Both the position numbers and the translations under genes were made by a program. From an uncultured Methylococcaceae bacterium (GTDB lineage Bacteria > Pseudomonadota > Gammaproteobacteria > Methylococcales > Methylococcaceae): 64,000 nt of DNA. Of this stretch, positions 7,575 to 19,091 are shown one piece after another. Under the pieces are notes generated by a model. That model was not told where the DNA came from. It worked only from the letters and a program-made list of their open reading frames with translations, and searched no databases. The DNA lies in assembly GCA_903934875.1 (NCBI GenBank), contig CAIZPP010000177.1, positions 17,344 through 81,343 on the forward strand. The letters are read 5' to 3'. Every line of letters starts with the position of its first letter. Position 1 is the first letter of the stretch.

Positions 7575-9841
7575 ATTCTCTTGTTTTTAGTTTCTGATTT
7601 AACTCGGGAAATTTTTAACACCACGGATAATTTCCGTAGTTCACGCATCACATTGGCCAAGTGCAAGCGGTCTTTTACCGCCAGGGTGATGACATCGGTG
7701 GAAAGTTCGCTATCTTGGTTAGTAATCTGCACATTTTCGATGTTGGCCTTCATCTTGGAAATGACAGAGGCGACTTTGGCTAGAGTGCCCAGCTTATTGA
7801 GTAACTCCAAGCGTATCTCCACAGAAAAGTCGCCGCTGACCTGCCTGTCCCATTCCACATCCAGCCCTGTGTATTGCTTCTTGCGCAACTCAATGACGTT
7901 TTTGCATTCGCTCAAATGCACCACAATGCCTTTGCCGGGATTGAAGAAACCGGCAATTTCATCGCCAGGAATCGGGCGGCAGCACTTCGCCAAGTTAACG
8001 ACCATGCCTTCCGATCCCTTGATGATCAGGGGATAACGCGCACCCTTCTCGACACCATCCAGCCGGTGCGGATGTGCGGTGTCTTCTTGCATCAACAGCC
8101 GCACAACAAGGAAAGGCAGGCGGTTGCCTAGGCCGATATCCTCCTGCAACGATTCGCGCGAAGGCAAATCCAAGGTTTTCAGCAACTCGTTGAAACGCGC
8201 TTCGGGAATGTCTTCCATTCTCATTCCACGGGCACCGAGTTCCTTTTCCAATAGCTTGCTCCCCAAATTGATGGCTTCTTGTTTTTTAAAATTGCGCAGA
8301 TAGCCGCGGATGGCAGACCGTGCTTTGGCGGTGACGACAAAATTAAGCCATAGCGGATTAGGCCTAGCCCAAGGCGCGGTAATGATCTCCACAGTTTGGC
8401 CATTCACCAAAGTAGTTTGCAAGGGGGACAGAACACGGTCAATGCGGGCGGAAACGCAAGCGTTGCCAATATCGGTATGCACTGCGTAGGCGAAATCGAC
8501 GATGGTTGCGCCCCTAGGCAACTTGATGATTTTGCCCTTGGGACTCAGCACATAAACCTCATGCTGGAACAAGTCCACTTTGAGGTTGTCGAGAAACTCC
8601 ATGGAATCGCCCGCGTGTTTCTGGATTTCCAACAAATCGCGCAGCCATTCGTGGGCGCGGGTTTGCGAATTGGAAACCTGCTCCCCTTCCGACTTGTACA
8701 GCCAATGCGCGGCAATACCGCATTCGGCCATATGATGCATGGCTTTGGTACGAATCTGCATTTCCAATGGCTGGCCGAAAGGGCCGACCAGCACCGTGTG
8801 CAGGGATTGGTAGCCGTTTGCCTTGGGCACCGCGATGTAGTCCTTGAAGCGGCTAGGCACCGGTTTGAAAAGGTTGTGGGCCATGCCCAGCGCCCGGTAA
8901 CACTCGTCCACGCTGCCGGTGATGATGCGGTAGGCGTAAACATCGAACACTTCGGCGAATGACAAATGTTTCAAACGCATCTTTTCATAAATGCTGAAAA
9001 CGTGTTTTTCCCTGCCAATCACCTGGAATTCCGCCAGACCGCACTCCTGCAAACGGGTTCTGATGGAGTTCTCAATGTCCGTCAGTAATTCCTTGCGGTT
9101 TCCACACGCTTTTTTGACTTCCTTCTTGAGTATCCGGTGGCGCATGGGATAGTAGGCGGCAAAGCCCAAATCCTCCAACTCCAAGCGCAATTCGTTCATC
9201 CCCAGGCGGTTCGCAATGGGCGCGTAAATGTCCAGCGTTTCTCTCGCAATGCGGCAACGACGCTGGGGTGCCATGACGCCTAGAGTGCGCATATTGTGCA
9301 AACGGTCGGCGAGCTTGACCATGATGACGCGCAAGTCCTTGACCATGGCCATGACCATCTTGCGCACATTCTGCGCCTGCGCCTCGGCCCTGGACTTGCT
9401 GTCAAGTTGGGTTAGTTTGCTGACACCATCGACTAGTTGGGCCACCTCCTCGCCGAATTCCGCCACCAACTGCTCTCTAGAAACCACGGTGTCTTCAATG
9501 ACATCGTGCAACAAACCCGCCATGACACCCTTGGCATCCATCCTCATGTCGGCGAGAATGATCGAAACCGAAATCGGATGGCAAATGTAAGGCTCTCCGC
9601 TGACCCGTTTTTGGCCCTCATGGGCACGCTCCGCCAAACGATAAGCGCGCTGCACCTCTCCCACCTGAACCGGGTCCAAGTAGGTGGACAGCATGGCACT
9701 CAAGCGCCGGATCAACTTTTCCTGCGGCTTTTCCGCTTCGTCTTGGGGAAATTGCTGATGACCTGGCAACCCGCCCGCAGTAAACGAGGATGGATCGTCC
9801 GGGCTCTCCGCTAGATCGGCCTCGCCGGTGTCACCTGCCAT
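7571..9841 (-). CDS. spoT: Bifunctional (p)ppGpp synthetase/hydrolase SpoT
   Basis: HD hydrolase motif (HLLDVIEDT), RelA/SpoT synthetase core, and TGS and ACT C-terminal domains; 756 aa. Confidence 0.9.
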   Translation of the reverse strand: MAGDTGEADLAESPDDPSSFTAGGLPGHQQFPQDEAEKPQEKLIRRLSAMLSTYLDPVQVGEVQRAYRLAERAHEGQKRVSGEPYICHPISVSIILADMRMDAKGVMAGLLHDVIEDTVVSREQLVAEFGEEVAQLVDGVSKLTQLDSKSRAEAQAQNVRKMVMAMVKDLRVIMVKLADRLHNMRTLGVMAPQRRCRIARETLDIYAPIANRLGMNELRLELEDLGFAAYYPMRHRILKKEVKKACGNRKELLTDIENSIRTRLQECGLAEFQVIGREKHVFSIYEKMRLKHLSFAEVFDVYAYRIITGSVDECYRALGMAHNLFKPVPSRFKDYIAVPKANGYQSLHTVLVGPFGQPLEMQIRTKAMHHMAECGIAAHWLYKSEGEQVSNSQTRAHEWLRDLLEIQKHAGDSMEFLDNLKVDLFQHEVYVLSPKGKIIKLPRGATIVDFAYAVHTDIGNACVSARIDRVLSPLQTTLVNGQTVEIITAPWARPNPLWLNFVVTAKARSAIRGYLRNFKKQEAINLGSKLLEKELGARGMRMEDIPEARFNELLKTLDLPSRESLQEDIGLGNRLPFLVVRLLMQEDTAHPHRLDGVEKGARYPLIIKGSEGMVVNLAKCCRPIPGDEIAGFFNPGKGIVVHLSECKNVIELRKKQYTGLDVEWDRQVSGDFSVEIRLELLNKLGTLAKVASVISKMKANIENVQITNQDSELSTDVITLAVKDRLHLANVMRELRKLSVVLKISRVKSETKNKRI

Positions 9842-9867
9842 TGCCTCACACTCAACTCAATGGGTTT

Positions 9868-10155
9868 TCAAATCAAATCGTCATCGTCCAGATCAATATC
9901 ATCGTGGCGTATCTTGAACGTGGGGCGCTCGACCTGATAGCGGTCATGCTTGGGCCCTTCCTTCAAATAAGCACGGGTGATATGGCCGGAAGCGATTTCA
10001 CGCAAAGCCAGCACGGTCGGTTTGTCATTGGTCCACGGCAGTTTGGCATCGTCCGGGTGGCGGGCCAACTGGCGGGCGCGCTTGGAAGCCAACAACACCA
10101 ACTGGAAACGGTTGTCGACCTTGTCCAGGCAATCTTCTACGGTAACTCTTGCCAT
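9868..10155 (-). CDS. rpoZ: DNA-directed RNA polymerase subunit omega
   Basis: [30 protein letters not shown]; 95 aa, immediately upstream of spoT. Confidence 0.9.
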   Translation of the reverse strand: MARVTVEDCLDKVDNRFQLVLLASKRARQLARHPDDAKLPWTNDKPTVLALREIASGHITRAYLKEGPKHDRYQVERPTFKIRHDDIDLDDDDLI

Positions 10156-10319
10156 AATGGCTTAACCTCGAAAACAAGAAAAACGGAAAATAAGAATAAA
10201 AAGATTCATTTAACCCCATGACGGGCGTTCTGTACAGAGTCAAAGGCGAAAAAGCTTGTATTTTAGGGCGGCAACAGCTTGCCGCCCTGCTGCTAGAAGT
10301 TGCCATGAAAGTACGGTAT

Positions 10320-10385
10320 CCAAGTAGGGTAGGCTGTGCGTACCATTGTAAGCCCCTGAAGGTACGCACAGCGTACCCTACTTGG
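10320..10385. other. Large near-perfect palindrome (25-bp stem, one mismatch, 16-nt loop) in the rpoZ upstream region
   Basis: ccaagtagggtaggctgtgcgtacc ...loop... ggtacgcacagcgtaccctacttgg. Confidence 0.7.
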
Positions 10386-10485
10386 TATGGCTTTCATCGT
10401 CGGGGGTGCAAACAAATTTGCATGAACGTTGGCCGGGTCGTCAATACCGTAGGTCGGCAAGCCTTTGCCAACATGGCCGTATACG

Positions 10486-10603
10486 CAGCGTTTTCATCTT
10501 TAACATAAAACTAAACAAGGATATACAGTTAACCCTTCCATTTTAGTGTATATCCTGCACTCTCTACTAGCTATCAAGTAATCGTTAGATGTTGAAAACG
10601 CTG
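10486..10603. repeat. MITE-like repeat, family 1, copy (direct orientation)
   Basis: cagcgttttcatctttaac...gatgttgaaaacgctg. Confidence 0.8.
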
Positions 10604-10605
10604 AG

Positions 10606-11043
10606 TTACTCAGGCCAAAAATCATCGCGGAGCAAGTCAGCTTCGGCATAGGGCGATGAGCTTGGAAATACATCATCCCGCAGGCCCGTCTCGTCTATCG
10701 CGTCGGCTTTGGCATTTTTGTACTCATCCGCCACCGCTAGCGCGATAACCGGGCGTAGGCTGGGGCTGTCCTTGACGATTTTTTCCACTGCGATTCTGGC
10801 ATTGCGGATAGATTGCCGCCAACTTGACCCGCGCAAGTGGGGTTGATATTGCCACTTCAACAAATGCAGCAACAAATTACGAATATGGCTTTCCAGAGCG
10901 CGTCGTTCACTTTTGCCCACGTCCTCCAACTCCTCCACCAAATGTTCTATGTCGATTTCATTGAAGCGTCCGGTGCTTAGTAGTTGGGCGTTGTGCAAAG
11001 CCCAGGCGTAAAAATCCCGGTCGTAATCTGCTTGGGTGTTCAT
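10606..11043 (-). CDS. DUF29-family protein
   Basis: MNTQADYDRDFYAWALHNAQLL...LVEELEDVGKSERRALESHIRNLLLHLLKWQYQP matches the DUF29 consensus. Confidence 0.7.
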   Translation of the reverse strand: MNTQADYDRDFYAWALHNAQLLSTGRFNEIDIEHLVEELEDVGKSERRALESHIRNLLLHLLKWQYQPHLRGSSWRQSIRNARIAVEKIVKDSPSLRPVIALAVADEYKNAKADAIDETGLRDDVFPSSSPYAEADLLRDDFWPE

Positions 11044-11208
11044 CGTGATCGCTCTCTTTATGCTAGGCTTTAGGTTTCCTTGTCGTTATGGATGATTGGC
11101 TAGCGTTCATTTATAAATGTCCCCGCGTATACCAATTTCTAGCACCAATACCAATAGTCTACAGGAAATGCATACTTTAACGCGTTTTCAAACCCTTATG
11201 CATCCAAA

Positions 11209-11422
11209 ATGAGAATTGCTGGTATGCGGCATTGCATATGCGTATCCGTTCAGATACACTATGTTTCCGAAATGCGCATACACGTTGGGCCTGGCTACCG
11301 TGTCTATTTCACACGGGAGCATGAAGTGGTTTTACCTGCTACTGTTGGGCGGCGTCAAGTCCACACAGAAACGCGATATCAAACGCGCCATTGCGATGGC
11401 GCACACTCTCAATTCTCAATAA
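11209..11422 (+). pseudogene. RelE/ParE-type 'addiction module killer protein', N-terminally truncated and carrying a +1 frameshift
   Basis: Frame 1 gives ...VSEMRIHVGPGYRVYFTREHEVV and frame 2 continues LLLLGGVKSTQKRDIKRAIAMAHTLNSQ*. Deleting one C in 'ttacctgct' restores the conserved ...EVVLLLLGG(D/V)KSTQ... sequence. Only about 24 codons precede the conserved core. Confidence 0.7.
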
Positions 11423-11432
11423 GGCCTGTTGT

Positions 11433-11720
11433 ATGCCCAAATTTGCCCCCTTCGATGCGGCTGACTACCTTGATGATGAAGAAACCATCGCGGAATATCT
11501 GACCGCCGCACTGGAAGATTCCAACCCCGATGTGTTTCTGGTCGCCGTGCGAGACATAGCCCGCGTCCGCGGCATGGCGCAACTCGCCAAAGACGCAGGC
11601 ATCGGGCGTGAAAGCCTTTACAAGGCACTTACACCCGGAGCCAAGCCACGCTATGACACCATGCTCAAGTTGCTACATGCCTTGAGGATAAAGCTTACCG
11701 CTTCGACTATCCACCCTTAA
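11433..11720 (+). CDS. Putative addiction-module antidote protein (HigA-like, helix-turn-helix)
   Basis: MPKFAPFDAADYLDDEETIAEYLTAALEDSNPDVFLVAVRDIARVRGMAQLAKDAGIGRESLYKAL is the canonical partner of the killer-protein family. Confidence 0.75.
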   Translation: MPKFAPFDAADYLDDEETIAEYLTAALEDSNPDVFLVAVRDIARVRGMAQLAKDAGIGRESLYKALTPGAKPRYDTMLKLLHALRIKLTASTIHP

Positions 11721-12577
11721 TTTTTTTTATCCGCCATCCTCAACGCCGCCTGATAAGCCAGTTCTTTTCTCGCCCCGGTGATTTTTGCGGTCAGCGCGGC
11801 GGCGGTTTTCACCGAGCATTCCTCCAACAGCAGGGCCAGCACCCTGCCCTGTTCCGATGTTAGCTCTTCCTTAGTCTTTTGCGCTGACGCGCCTTCAAGC
11901 AGCACGACAAACTCACCCTTTTCCATGTTAGGGTCGGCCTCCACATAACTGACTGCTGCGGAAACTTTGCATCGGAGGATGGTTTCGTGTAGTTTGGTCA
12001 GTTCACGGGCAACGACGACCTGCCGTTGCGGCGGAAAAACCTGGGCGATATCCTTCAAGAAATCCAATACCCTATGGCTGGACTCATAGAAAATCAGCGT
12101 CCTTGCATCATCCGCCAGACTTTCCAGCAGGGCGCGGCGGGCGGACGAGGTGCGCGGCGGGAAGCCCTCAAAGGCGAAACGCGCAGCAGGCAGGCCACTG
12201 GCGGACAGTGCCGCGACTAGGGCGCAAGCACCGGGAACCGGCACCACGCGCAAACCGCGCTCTGTCGCCAGACGCACTAGGGGGAAACCCGGGTCGTTAA
12301 TCAGCGGAGTGCCGGCATCGGAGATCAAGGCCATAGATTCGCCCTGCTCCAAGCGGTCCAGCAATTTGGAAGAGGCGGTGTCTTCGTTGTGTTCATGCAG
12401 CGCGGTCAGTGGCTTGATGATGCCGTAGCGTTCCAGCAAGGGTCGGCTGTGGCGGGTATCCTCGCAAGCGATGAAATCGACCCCTTGTAAAACCGCAACG
12501 GCGCGAAAACTGAAATCAGCCTGATTGCCGATAGGTGTCGCGACTAGGTATAGTATGCCTTTAGGATTTTCCGGCAT
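11717..12577 (-). CDS. rsmI: 16S rRNA (cytidine1402-2'-O)-methyltransferase
   Basis: LYLVATPIGN...ACEDTR tetrapyrrole-methylase fold. Start set at Met54 of the track ORF (GGAG 7 nt upstream); divergent from lpoA as in E. coli. Confidence 0.85.
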   Translation of the reverse strand: MPENPKGILYLVATPIGNQADFSFRAVAVLQGVDFIACEDTRHSRPLLERYGIIKPLTALHEHNEDTASSKLLDRLEQGESMALISDAGTPLINDPGFPLVRLATERGLRVVPVPGACALVAALSASGLPAARFAFEGFPPRTSSARRALLESLADDARTLIFYESSHRVLDFLKDIAQVFPPQRQVVVARELTKLHETILRCKVSAAVSYVEADPNMEKGEFVVLLEGASAQKTKEELTSEQGRVLALLLEECSVKTAAALTAKITGARKELAYQAALRMADKKN

Positions 12578-12614
12578 AATTCCATCTCCAAACTTAATAA
12601 CATAATTCATTCCC

Positions 12615-14588
12615 ATGCCCAAAGCCAAGCAGCTTTTAATCTTCAGCCTCCTTCTTGCCCTGGCCGGCTGTGCCGGGCAATCAACACGGCATCGCGACAC
12701 CCCGCTGATAGCGGAGGCCAGCGAACGTTTCCGCAATGGCGATTACGCCGGGGCCTCGCAAATCTACCAGCGCCTTGCCGAAACCTCCGACGACGCGGAC
12801 TATTTCCGCTTGTTGGCAGCCGATGCCGAATTGCGGGCGGGTAATGACCGGGCGGCGCGGGCGCTACTCGGGGCGATCAAACCGGATGAGTTGGCAGAAG
12901 GCGACCAACAACGTTATGCCCTGCTGCGTGCCCGCATTGATTTGAACCAAGGCAATGCGCGGGAGGCTATGGCCCGCTTGGACGGCATTGATTACCAAAA
13001 ACTGACTGCTCCGTTGCGGGTGCATTATCACACACTACGCGCCTCCGCCTACAACCAGTTGGGCGATATGCTGGAATGCGCCCGCGAACGGGTTTATTAC
13101 GGACAACTGACCAACAACCCCGAAGCCATCCAAAAAAACAACGAGGCCATTTATGATGCGCTTAACCGCCTGCCTTACAAGGTTCTTACCGATCTGCAAC
13201 CCAGCACCCAAGGCACCTTGGGCGGGTGGATGGCTTTGGTCATTGCACTGCACAGTTCCGATGCCAGCCGGACCCAAGCACTGCAAGTCTGGCGGGCGAA
13301 CTACCCCGGACACCCGGCCAACGGCGTGTTTGTCGAGGGTTTCTTAGGCAAGAAAGGCAAGCCAGTGGAGACCACGCCACTGAAATCCCCGGCTAAGGAA
13401 CCAGCAATGGCACCCACTCCTACACCTGCGCCTGTACCCGTGCCGGTTTCAGCCGCACCGATGCCACCACCCCAACAACCCGCCCCGCCAAACCCTGTTC
13501 CGGCGCAAACGGCTCCCTCGGCGGGTGGCTTCATCGGTGTCATGCTGCCATTGACCGGAAGCTACGCCCAAGCCGCGCAAGCCGTGCGGACGGGCATGTC
13601 TGCCGCGTGGAATGCCGACACCAATCCGGGTCGGCCTGAACTGCGTTTTGTCGATACGCAAGGCGCAGACTTAGGCGCGGCGTACCGTAAATTGGCCGAC
13701 GATGGCGCAAAATCTGTCATCGGCCCCCTGCTCAAGGAAGAAGTGGCCGCACTGGCTAGGAGCGGTAACTTTACTGTTCCCGTGCTGGCGCTCAACCAAG
13801 CCAGCGAAGCCAACAACCGCGACGGACTCTACCAATTCGCCTTGACGCCCGAGCAAGAAGTCGAGCAGACAGCCAGCCTTGCTTGGTTCGATGGCCGACA
13901 AAACGCATTATTGCTGGCCCCGGCATCGGCCTTCGGCCAACGCATGATCAACCATTTCAGCACGTATTGGAAAAACCTGGGCGGAAAAATCTCCAACATC
14001 AAGACTTACCAGCCGGGCGCGGCAGACTACTCCGAAACCGCAAAACGCTTGCTGTCCAATGAGGCAGGCGAGGCTGGAACTGCCGGCGCACCCCCAGCGG
14101 AATTTATTTTTATGATTGCAGACACCCGCGATGGCCGTCTGCTCAACCCGCACATTGAAAACCAGGAGTCCACACGCATTCCGGTCTATGCAACCTCCCT
14201 CATCTTCGATGGACAGCCAAGCGCACCGCAGAACGCCGATTTGTCCGGGGTGACTTTTTGCGACAGTCCTTGGCTTTTGAGCAATGACACCGGGGGTTTA
14301 TCCCGTCAGACCATGCATGCAGAGGTAGCGCAAACGCCTGCGGTATATCTGCGTCTGCTACCCATGGGGATTGATGCCTACCAGTTGATTGCCACACTGA
14401 ATCAACTGAAAAGCGGCGGGCAAAGCCAGTTTTCTGGGGCTACCGGTGTATTGACCCTAAAGGGCAACAAGGTAAACCGCCAATTGCATTGTGCGCAGTT
14501 TGGCGACAACAACCTGCAACCGCTGGGCATCGCACCGACACTCCAGCCTAGCGCATCACCGGCTGCCCCTAATGCTATTCCGCAATGA
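12615..14588 (+). CDS. lpoA: Penicillin-binding protein activator LpoA (outer-membrane lipoprotein)
   Basis: Lipobox LALAGC, N-terminal TPR-like region, proline-rich linker, and a C-terminal periplasmic-binding-protein-like domain. Confidence 0.8.
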   Translation: MPKAKQLLIFSLLLALAGCAGQSTRHRDTPLIAEASERFRNGDYAGASQIYQRLAETSDDADYFRLLAADAELRAGNDRAARALLGAIKPDELAEGDQQRYALLRARIDLNQGNAREAMARLDGIDYQKLTAPLRVHYHTLRASAYNQLGDMLECARERVYYGQLTNNPEAIQKNNEAIYDALNRLPYKVLTDLQPSTQGTLGGWMALVIALHSSDASRTQALQVWRANYPGHPANGVFVEGFLGKKGKPVETTPLKSPAKEPAMAPTPTPAPVPVPVSAAPMPPPQQPAPPNPVPAQTAPSAGGFIGVMLPLTGSYAQAAQAVRTGMSAAWNADTNPGRPELRFVDTQGADLGAAYRKLADDGAKSVIGPLLKEEVAALARSGNFTVPVLALNQASEANNRDGLYQFALTPEQEVEQTASLAWFDGRQNALLLAPASAFGQRMINHFSTYWKNLGGKISNIKTYQPGAADYSETAKRLLSNEAGEAGTAGAPPAEFIFMIADTRDGRLLNPHIENQESTRIPVYATSLIFDGQPSAPQNADLSGVTFCDSPWLLSNDTGGLSRQTMHAEVAQTPAVYLRLLPMGIDAYQLIATLNQLKSGGQSQFSGATGVLTLKGNKVNRQLHCAQFGDNNLQPLGIAPTLQPSASPAAPNAIPQ

Positions 14589-14952
14589 ACCCAGTGCCGC
14601 GCACCTGGCCGCAGGACAGCGGGCCGAGGATAGCGCCCTGGCCTTTCTGCAAACGCAGGGTATGGTGCTGGTGGAAAGGAACTATCGTTGCCGGGGCGGG
14701 GAAATCGACCTCATCATGCGGGATGGGGTCAAGATCGTCTTCGTTGAAGTGCGCTACCGTAGTGACCAGCGTTTCGGCGGGGCGCTGGCCAGCGTCGGTG
14801 CCCGCAAACAAGCACGGTTGGTCCACGCCGCCTCCCACTACTTGGCGACGAAGCACATCGACCGGCCTGCCCGCTTCGACGTGGCGGCTGTTTCGCCAGA
14901 CCAAGGCAGGCTTGCGGTACAATGGATTAAAGACGCTTTCCAGACGGGATGA
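14572..14952 (+). CDS. yraN: YraN-family (UPF0102) predicted endonuclease
   Basis: ...[21 protein letters not shown]... consensus. Start chosen at an internal Met and is uncertain. Confidence 0.7.
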   Translation: MLFRNEPSAAHLAAGQRAEDSALAFLQTQGMVLVERNYRCRGGEIDLIMRDGVKIVFVEVRYRSDQRFGGALASVGARKQARLVHAASHYLATKHIDRPARFDVAAVSPDQGRLAVQWIKDAFQTG

Positions 14953-15009
14953 ATGTAGGGGCGGGTTTAGAGCCCGCCCCTACGGATATTCCACGATTGT
15001 TTTGAATGA

Positions 15010-15615
<606 letters not shown>

Positions 15616-15618
15616 GCC

Positions 15619-17004
15619 ATGACGATAAGCCCCGAATTTCTCGCCCGCCTGCGGCAGGTGCTTCCGATTGGGGCTATCCACACCGACCCCGCCGACTGCT
15701 GGGCCTACGGCTACGATAACTCCAAAAGACACGCCCTGCCCGAAGCGGTGGCCTTCCCCACCCGGCATGACCAGGTTCTGTCGATCGTCCGCCTGTGCAA
15801 TGAATACCGCATTCCATTGACCCCGCGCGGGCGCGGCACCGGCACCACGGGCGCGGTCGTCCCCTTGCAGGGTGGCTTGACGATGTCGCTGGAACGCATG
15901 AACCAAATCGTTGAACTGGCCCCGGACAACCGTTTTGCCGTGGTGGAGCCGGGCCTGACCAACCAAGCATTGCAGGATGCGCTGAAACCCTTAGGCTTCT
16001 TCTGGCCACCCGACCCGACCAGCGCCGCCTATTGCAGCATAGGCGGCAATCTCGCCTACAACTCAGCCGGCCCCCGCGCCGTTAAGTACGGAACGCCCCG
16101 CGATAATATTTTCGGACTGCGGGCCGTCACCGGCGACGGGCGCGAACTGCGCACCGGGGTCTACACCAGCAAAGGCGTGGTGGGCCTGGACCTGACCCGG
16201 CTCATCGTCGGCAGCGAGGGCACTTTGGCGGTCATCACCGAGGCCACCCTCAAACTGACACCGCTGGCGGAAGCCATGCGCACGATGCGGGCTGTTTACG
16301 CCAGCGTCGATGCCGCCACCCGCGCCATCGCCCGCGTCATGGCGCAGCCGCTTACCCCCTGTGCGCTGGAATTCATGGATGCCAACGCCATTGAGATGAT
16401 CCGCCAGTATGCCGACGTGGCATTGCCCACCGGAGCCGGTGCCTTGCTGATGATCGAAGTCGATGGGCCGGCATCCGGGCTGGACGCGGCGGTCGCTAAT
16501 ATCGGGCAAACTGCCACGGTTGAAGGCTTGCTGGACTTCCGCATCGCCCACAACAAAGAGGAGATCGAGGCGCTGTGGCGTACCCGCAAAGCGCTCTCCC
16601 CGGCTCTGCGCAAAGTCGCCCCTGGCAAAATCAACGAAGACGTGGTTGTGCCCGTCAGCGAATTGCCCGCCCTGATCAATGGGCTGAATCGGCTGTCGCA
16701 AACCTATGGACTGCGCATCGTCAACTTCGGCCACGCCGGCAACGGCAATATCCATGTCAACCTGTTGCTAGACCCGGCCCAAGCAGGGCAACAGGAGAAA
16801 GCCGATGAGTGTTTAGGCGCTGTGTTCGACTTGGTGTTGGGCCTGCGCGGCACCCTGTCCGGCGAACATGGCATAGGCTTGGTCAAGCGGGATTACGTCA
16901 GCCGGGAGTTGGATGCCGTGTCCATGGATTTGATGCGGGCCATACAGCGGCAGTTCGACCCGAATGGGATTTTGAACCAGGGTAAAATGTTACCAAATAT
17001 TTAG
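15619..17004 (+). CDS. FAD-linked oxidase (glycolate oxidase subunit GlcD / D-lactate dehydrogenase family)
   Basis: FAD_binding_4 N-terminus (PEAVAFPTRHDQVLSIVRLC..IPLTPRGRGTG) and a C-terminal FAD-oxidase domain; 461 aa. Confidence 0.75.
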   Translation: MTISPEFLARLRQVLPIGAIHTDPADCWAYGYDNSKRHALPEAVAFPTRHDQVLSIVRLCNEYRIPLTPRGRGTGTTGAVVPLQGGLTMSLERMNQIVELAPDNRFAVVEPGLTNQALQDALKPLGFFWPPDPTSAAYCSIGGNLAYNSAGPRAVKYGTPRDNIFGLRAVTGDGRELRTGVYTSKGVVGLDLTRLIVGSEGTLAVITEATLKLTPLAEAMRTMRAVYASVDAATRAIARVMAQPLTPCALEFMDANAIEMIRQYADVALPTGAGALLMIEVDGPASGLDAAVANIGQTATVEGLLDFRIAHNKEEIEALWRTRKALSPALRKVAPGKINEDVVVPVSELPALINGLNRLSQTYGLRIVNFGHAGNGNIHVNLLLDPAQAGQQEKADECLGAVFDLVLGLRGTLSGEHGIGLVKRDYVSRELDAVSMDLMRAIQRQFDPNGILNQGKMLPNI

Positions 17005-17015
17005 AGGAATACACC

Positions 17016-17348
17016 TTGAACACCCCTCTCCAAACCGCGCAAACCCTGTTGATGCAGATGACGAGATCGGAGAAAGCCCAGCTTCTGCAATGGGTCGTCA
17101 ATGATTTGGGCGATGCATTTCCGGGAATTGATAGCCGTCCCGGCATGTGCGGTGGAGAACCCTGCATAGTCCGCACCCGCATACCAGTCTGGCTATTGGA
17201 ACAGGCAAGACGGTTAGGTATCGGGGAGGTTGAAATATTGCAGTCTTACCCTACCTTGCACGCCGAGGATTTGGCCCAAGCATGGAGTTATGTTCGCTCT
17301 CACCGTGAAGAGATTGACCGGCAGATACGGGAAAACGAGGACGCTTAA
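17016..17348 (+). CDS. DUF433-domain putative antitoxin
   Basis: GGEPCIVRTRIPVWLL...EILQSYPTLHAEDL matches the DUF433 core. Confidence 0.7.
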   Translation: MNTPLQTAQTLLMQMTRSEKAQLLQWVVNDLGDAFPGIDSRPGMCGGEPCIVRTRIPVWLLEQARRLGIGEVEILQSYPTLHAEDLAQAWSYVRSHREEIDRQIRENEDA

Positions 17349-17351
17349 GGC

Positions 17352-17690
17352 ATGGCGCGATTGTACTCAAACGAAAACTTTCCACAACTTGCAGTCGAAG
17401 TATGGCGCCAGTTAGGGCATGATGTCTTGACGATACTGGAGACAGGCCGGGCCAACCAAGCCATTCCCGACGAAGAGGTTTTGACTTTTGCAATGATGGA
17501 AAACCGGGCTGTACTCACGCTAAACCGTAAACACTTCATTCGTTTGCATCAGCAATTGCCGGAACATGCCGGAATTATCGTTTGCACCTTCGATATTGAC
17601 TTTCGAGGGCTGGCACAACGCGTTGATGTAGCGATTAAAGCCCAGGACAGATTGCAAGGTCAGTTGTTGAGAATAAATCGCTGTAATTGA
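17352..17690 (+). CDS. DUF5615-family (PIN-like/Mut7-C-like) putative toxin
   Basis: MARLYSNENFP..L...G.DV... start typical of DUF5615; 4-nt gap after the DUF433 gene. Confidence 0.65.
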   Translation: MARLYSNENFPQLAVEVWRQLGHDVLTILETGRANQAIPDEEVLTFAMMENRAVLTLNRKHFIRLHQQLPEHAGIIVCTFDIDFRGLAQRVDVAIKAQDRLQGQLLRINRCN

Positions 17691-17741
17691 TGAAAATTCA
17701 GTGGCCCAACACAGCAAGCCTTAAGAAAATAAATACCCAGC

Positions 17742-19091
17742 ATGCAGATTCATAGCGACGAACCGGCCGAAACAGACGGCTTGCAGCGTCAACATCTAGT
17801 GGTGGAAATAGCCACCATAGCCGCCACGGCAACACCGCCTTTAGTGCTGGGTGTGCATGGGGACTGGGGTTCGGGCAAGACCAGTTTCATGAAGCATGTC
17901 CGCAAGGAACTGGATGGCAAGCACACGAAAAATGTCGTGACAGTGTGGTTTGAGGCATGGCGTTATCAAAACGAACCGGCACCTGTGGTGGCCTTGTTGC
18001 AAGAAATGCGGCAAGCCTTTAGCAAATGGAAAAAACTCGATGGCCGCATCAAAAAACTCGGCGAAATTACTATCCGCACCCTGCTGAACAGCCTTAACGA
18101 TTTGGCGAAATTAGTCCAGTTGGAATCCTTGCCCTTTTCGGCGGAAAAAATCCAACTCTTGGGCGAGCAATGGGAAAGGGAAAATCTGGAAAGCAGACTG
18201 GTGGTTGACTCTTTGCAAGACAGCCTGCAAGAAGCCATTAAAACGCTGCTGCCCGATTCCAAAGACCCGTCGCCCCGCGTCGTCATCTTCATCGACGACC
18301 TGGACCGCTGCAATCCCGAAATGGCCTACCGGCTGCTGGAAGGCTTGAAAATCTACCTGAATCTGAACAATTGCGTGTTTGTGCTGGCGATGAACCAGCA
18401 AATCGTCATCAAGGCCATCGCCTCGGTGATGAAAAAGGAAGACGACGATGCCCGTGTGCGGCTGGAAGCAGAAGCCTATCTGGAAAAGCTTTGCGCGAAC
18501 ATCTGGCGCTTGCCACCGCCGAAACTATCCCACCAGTACTTTACCGCCTTGCTCGACACTACACAAAACACGCCGATTCAAGCCATCACTGACGCGGCAG
18601 AAACTTCGCGGCCCTTCCTGCCACCCAACCCGCGCCGCCTGAAGGCGTTAGCCAACCTATACAACCGGTTGTGGCTACGGGCAATGAATACGGCAACAAT
18701 CATCCTCGACCATTCTGGCCAGCCCACGCTGGCTTTGCGTATCTTGGTGGTGGCTTATGTGTACCAATTCCATTCCGAATTTTACCAACGCTGGCGGCAT
18801 GACCCCACCTTTTTGGAGGAACTGCGCCGCTGGATGCAAACCGGTAAACCTAAACTGATCCAGAACAAGGAAGGCAAAGATATACCTGACCCGGCTTTCT
18901 TCGCACTGATACTGCCTAGCTTTGCGAAGACGGATGATGGCTCACCCACACCGGGTGCGACGACCATCACCAGTAACTACCCCGACCCCTCCGCCCCCGG
19001 TGTGTTTTGGATCGCGCCCTTATTGCAAGGGCCGTTGGCTGATGACGGACCGGAGAATTATCGTGACTTGCTGAACTTGGAACAAGCATGA
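17742..19091 (+). CDS. KAP-family P-loop NTPase
   Basis: Walker A GDWGSGKTSF and Walker B VVIFIDDLDRC (KAP signatures); 449 aa. Its stop overlaps the start of the downstream NACHT gene (ATGA). Confidence 0.75.
   Translation: MQIHSDEPAETDGLQRQHLVVEIATIAATATPPLVLGVHGDWGSGKTSFMKHVRKELDGKHTKNVVTVWFEAWRYQNEPAPVVALLQEMRQAFSKWKKLDGRIKKLGEITIRTLLNSLNDLAKLVQLESLPFSAEKIQLLGEQWERENLESRLVVDSLQDSLQEAIKTLLPDSKDPSPRVVIFIDDLDRCNPEMAYRLLEGLKIYLNLNNCVFVLAMNQQIVIKAIASVMKKEDDDARVRLEAEAYLEKLCANIWRLPPPKLSHQYFTALLDTTQNTPIQAITDAAETSRPFLPPNPRRLKALANLYNRLWLRAMNTATIILDHSGQPTLALRILVVAYVYQFHSEFYQRWRHDPTFLEELRRWMQTGKPKLIQNKEGKDIPDPAFFALILPSFAKTDDGSPTPGATTITSNYPDPSAPGVFWIAPLLQGPLADDGPENYRDLLNLEQA

Noticed and set aside
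16063-16755. Long antisense or alternate-frame ORFs inside high-GC genes (for example 16063..16755, 19153..19683, 33746..34183, 34515..35105, 61736..63238, 8396..8962)
   Set aside because: They overlap well-supported genes (glcD-like, NACHT, argH, flotillin, spoT) on the opposite strand or frame and have low-complexity Arg/Gly/Ala-rich translations typical of GC-rich frame artefacts.
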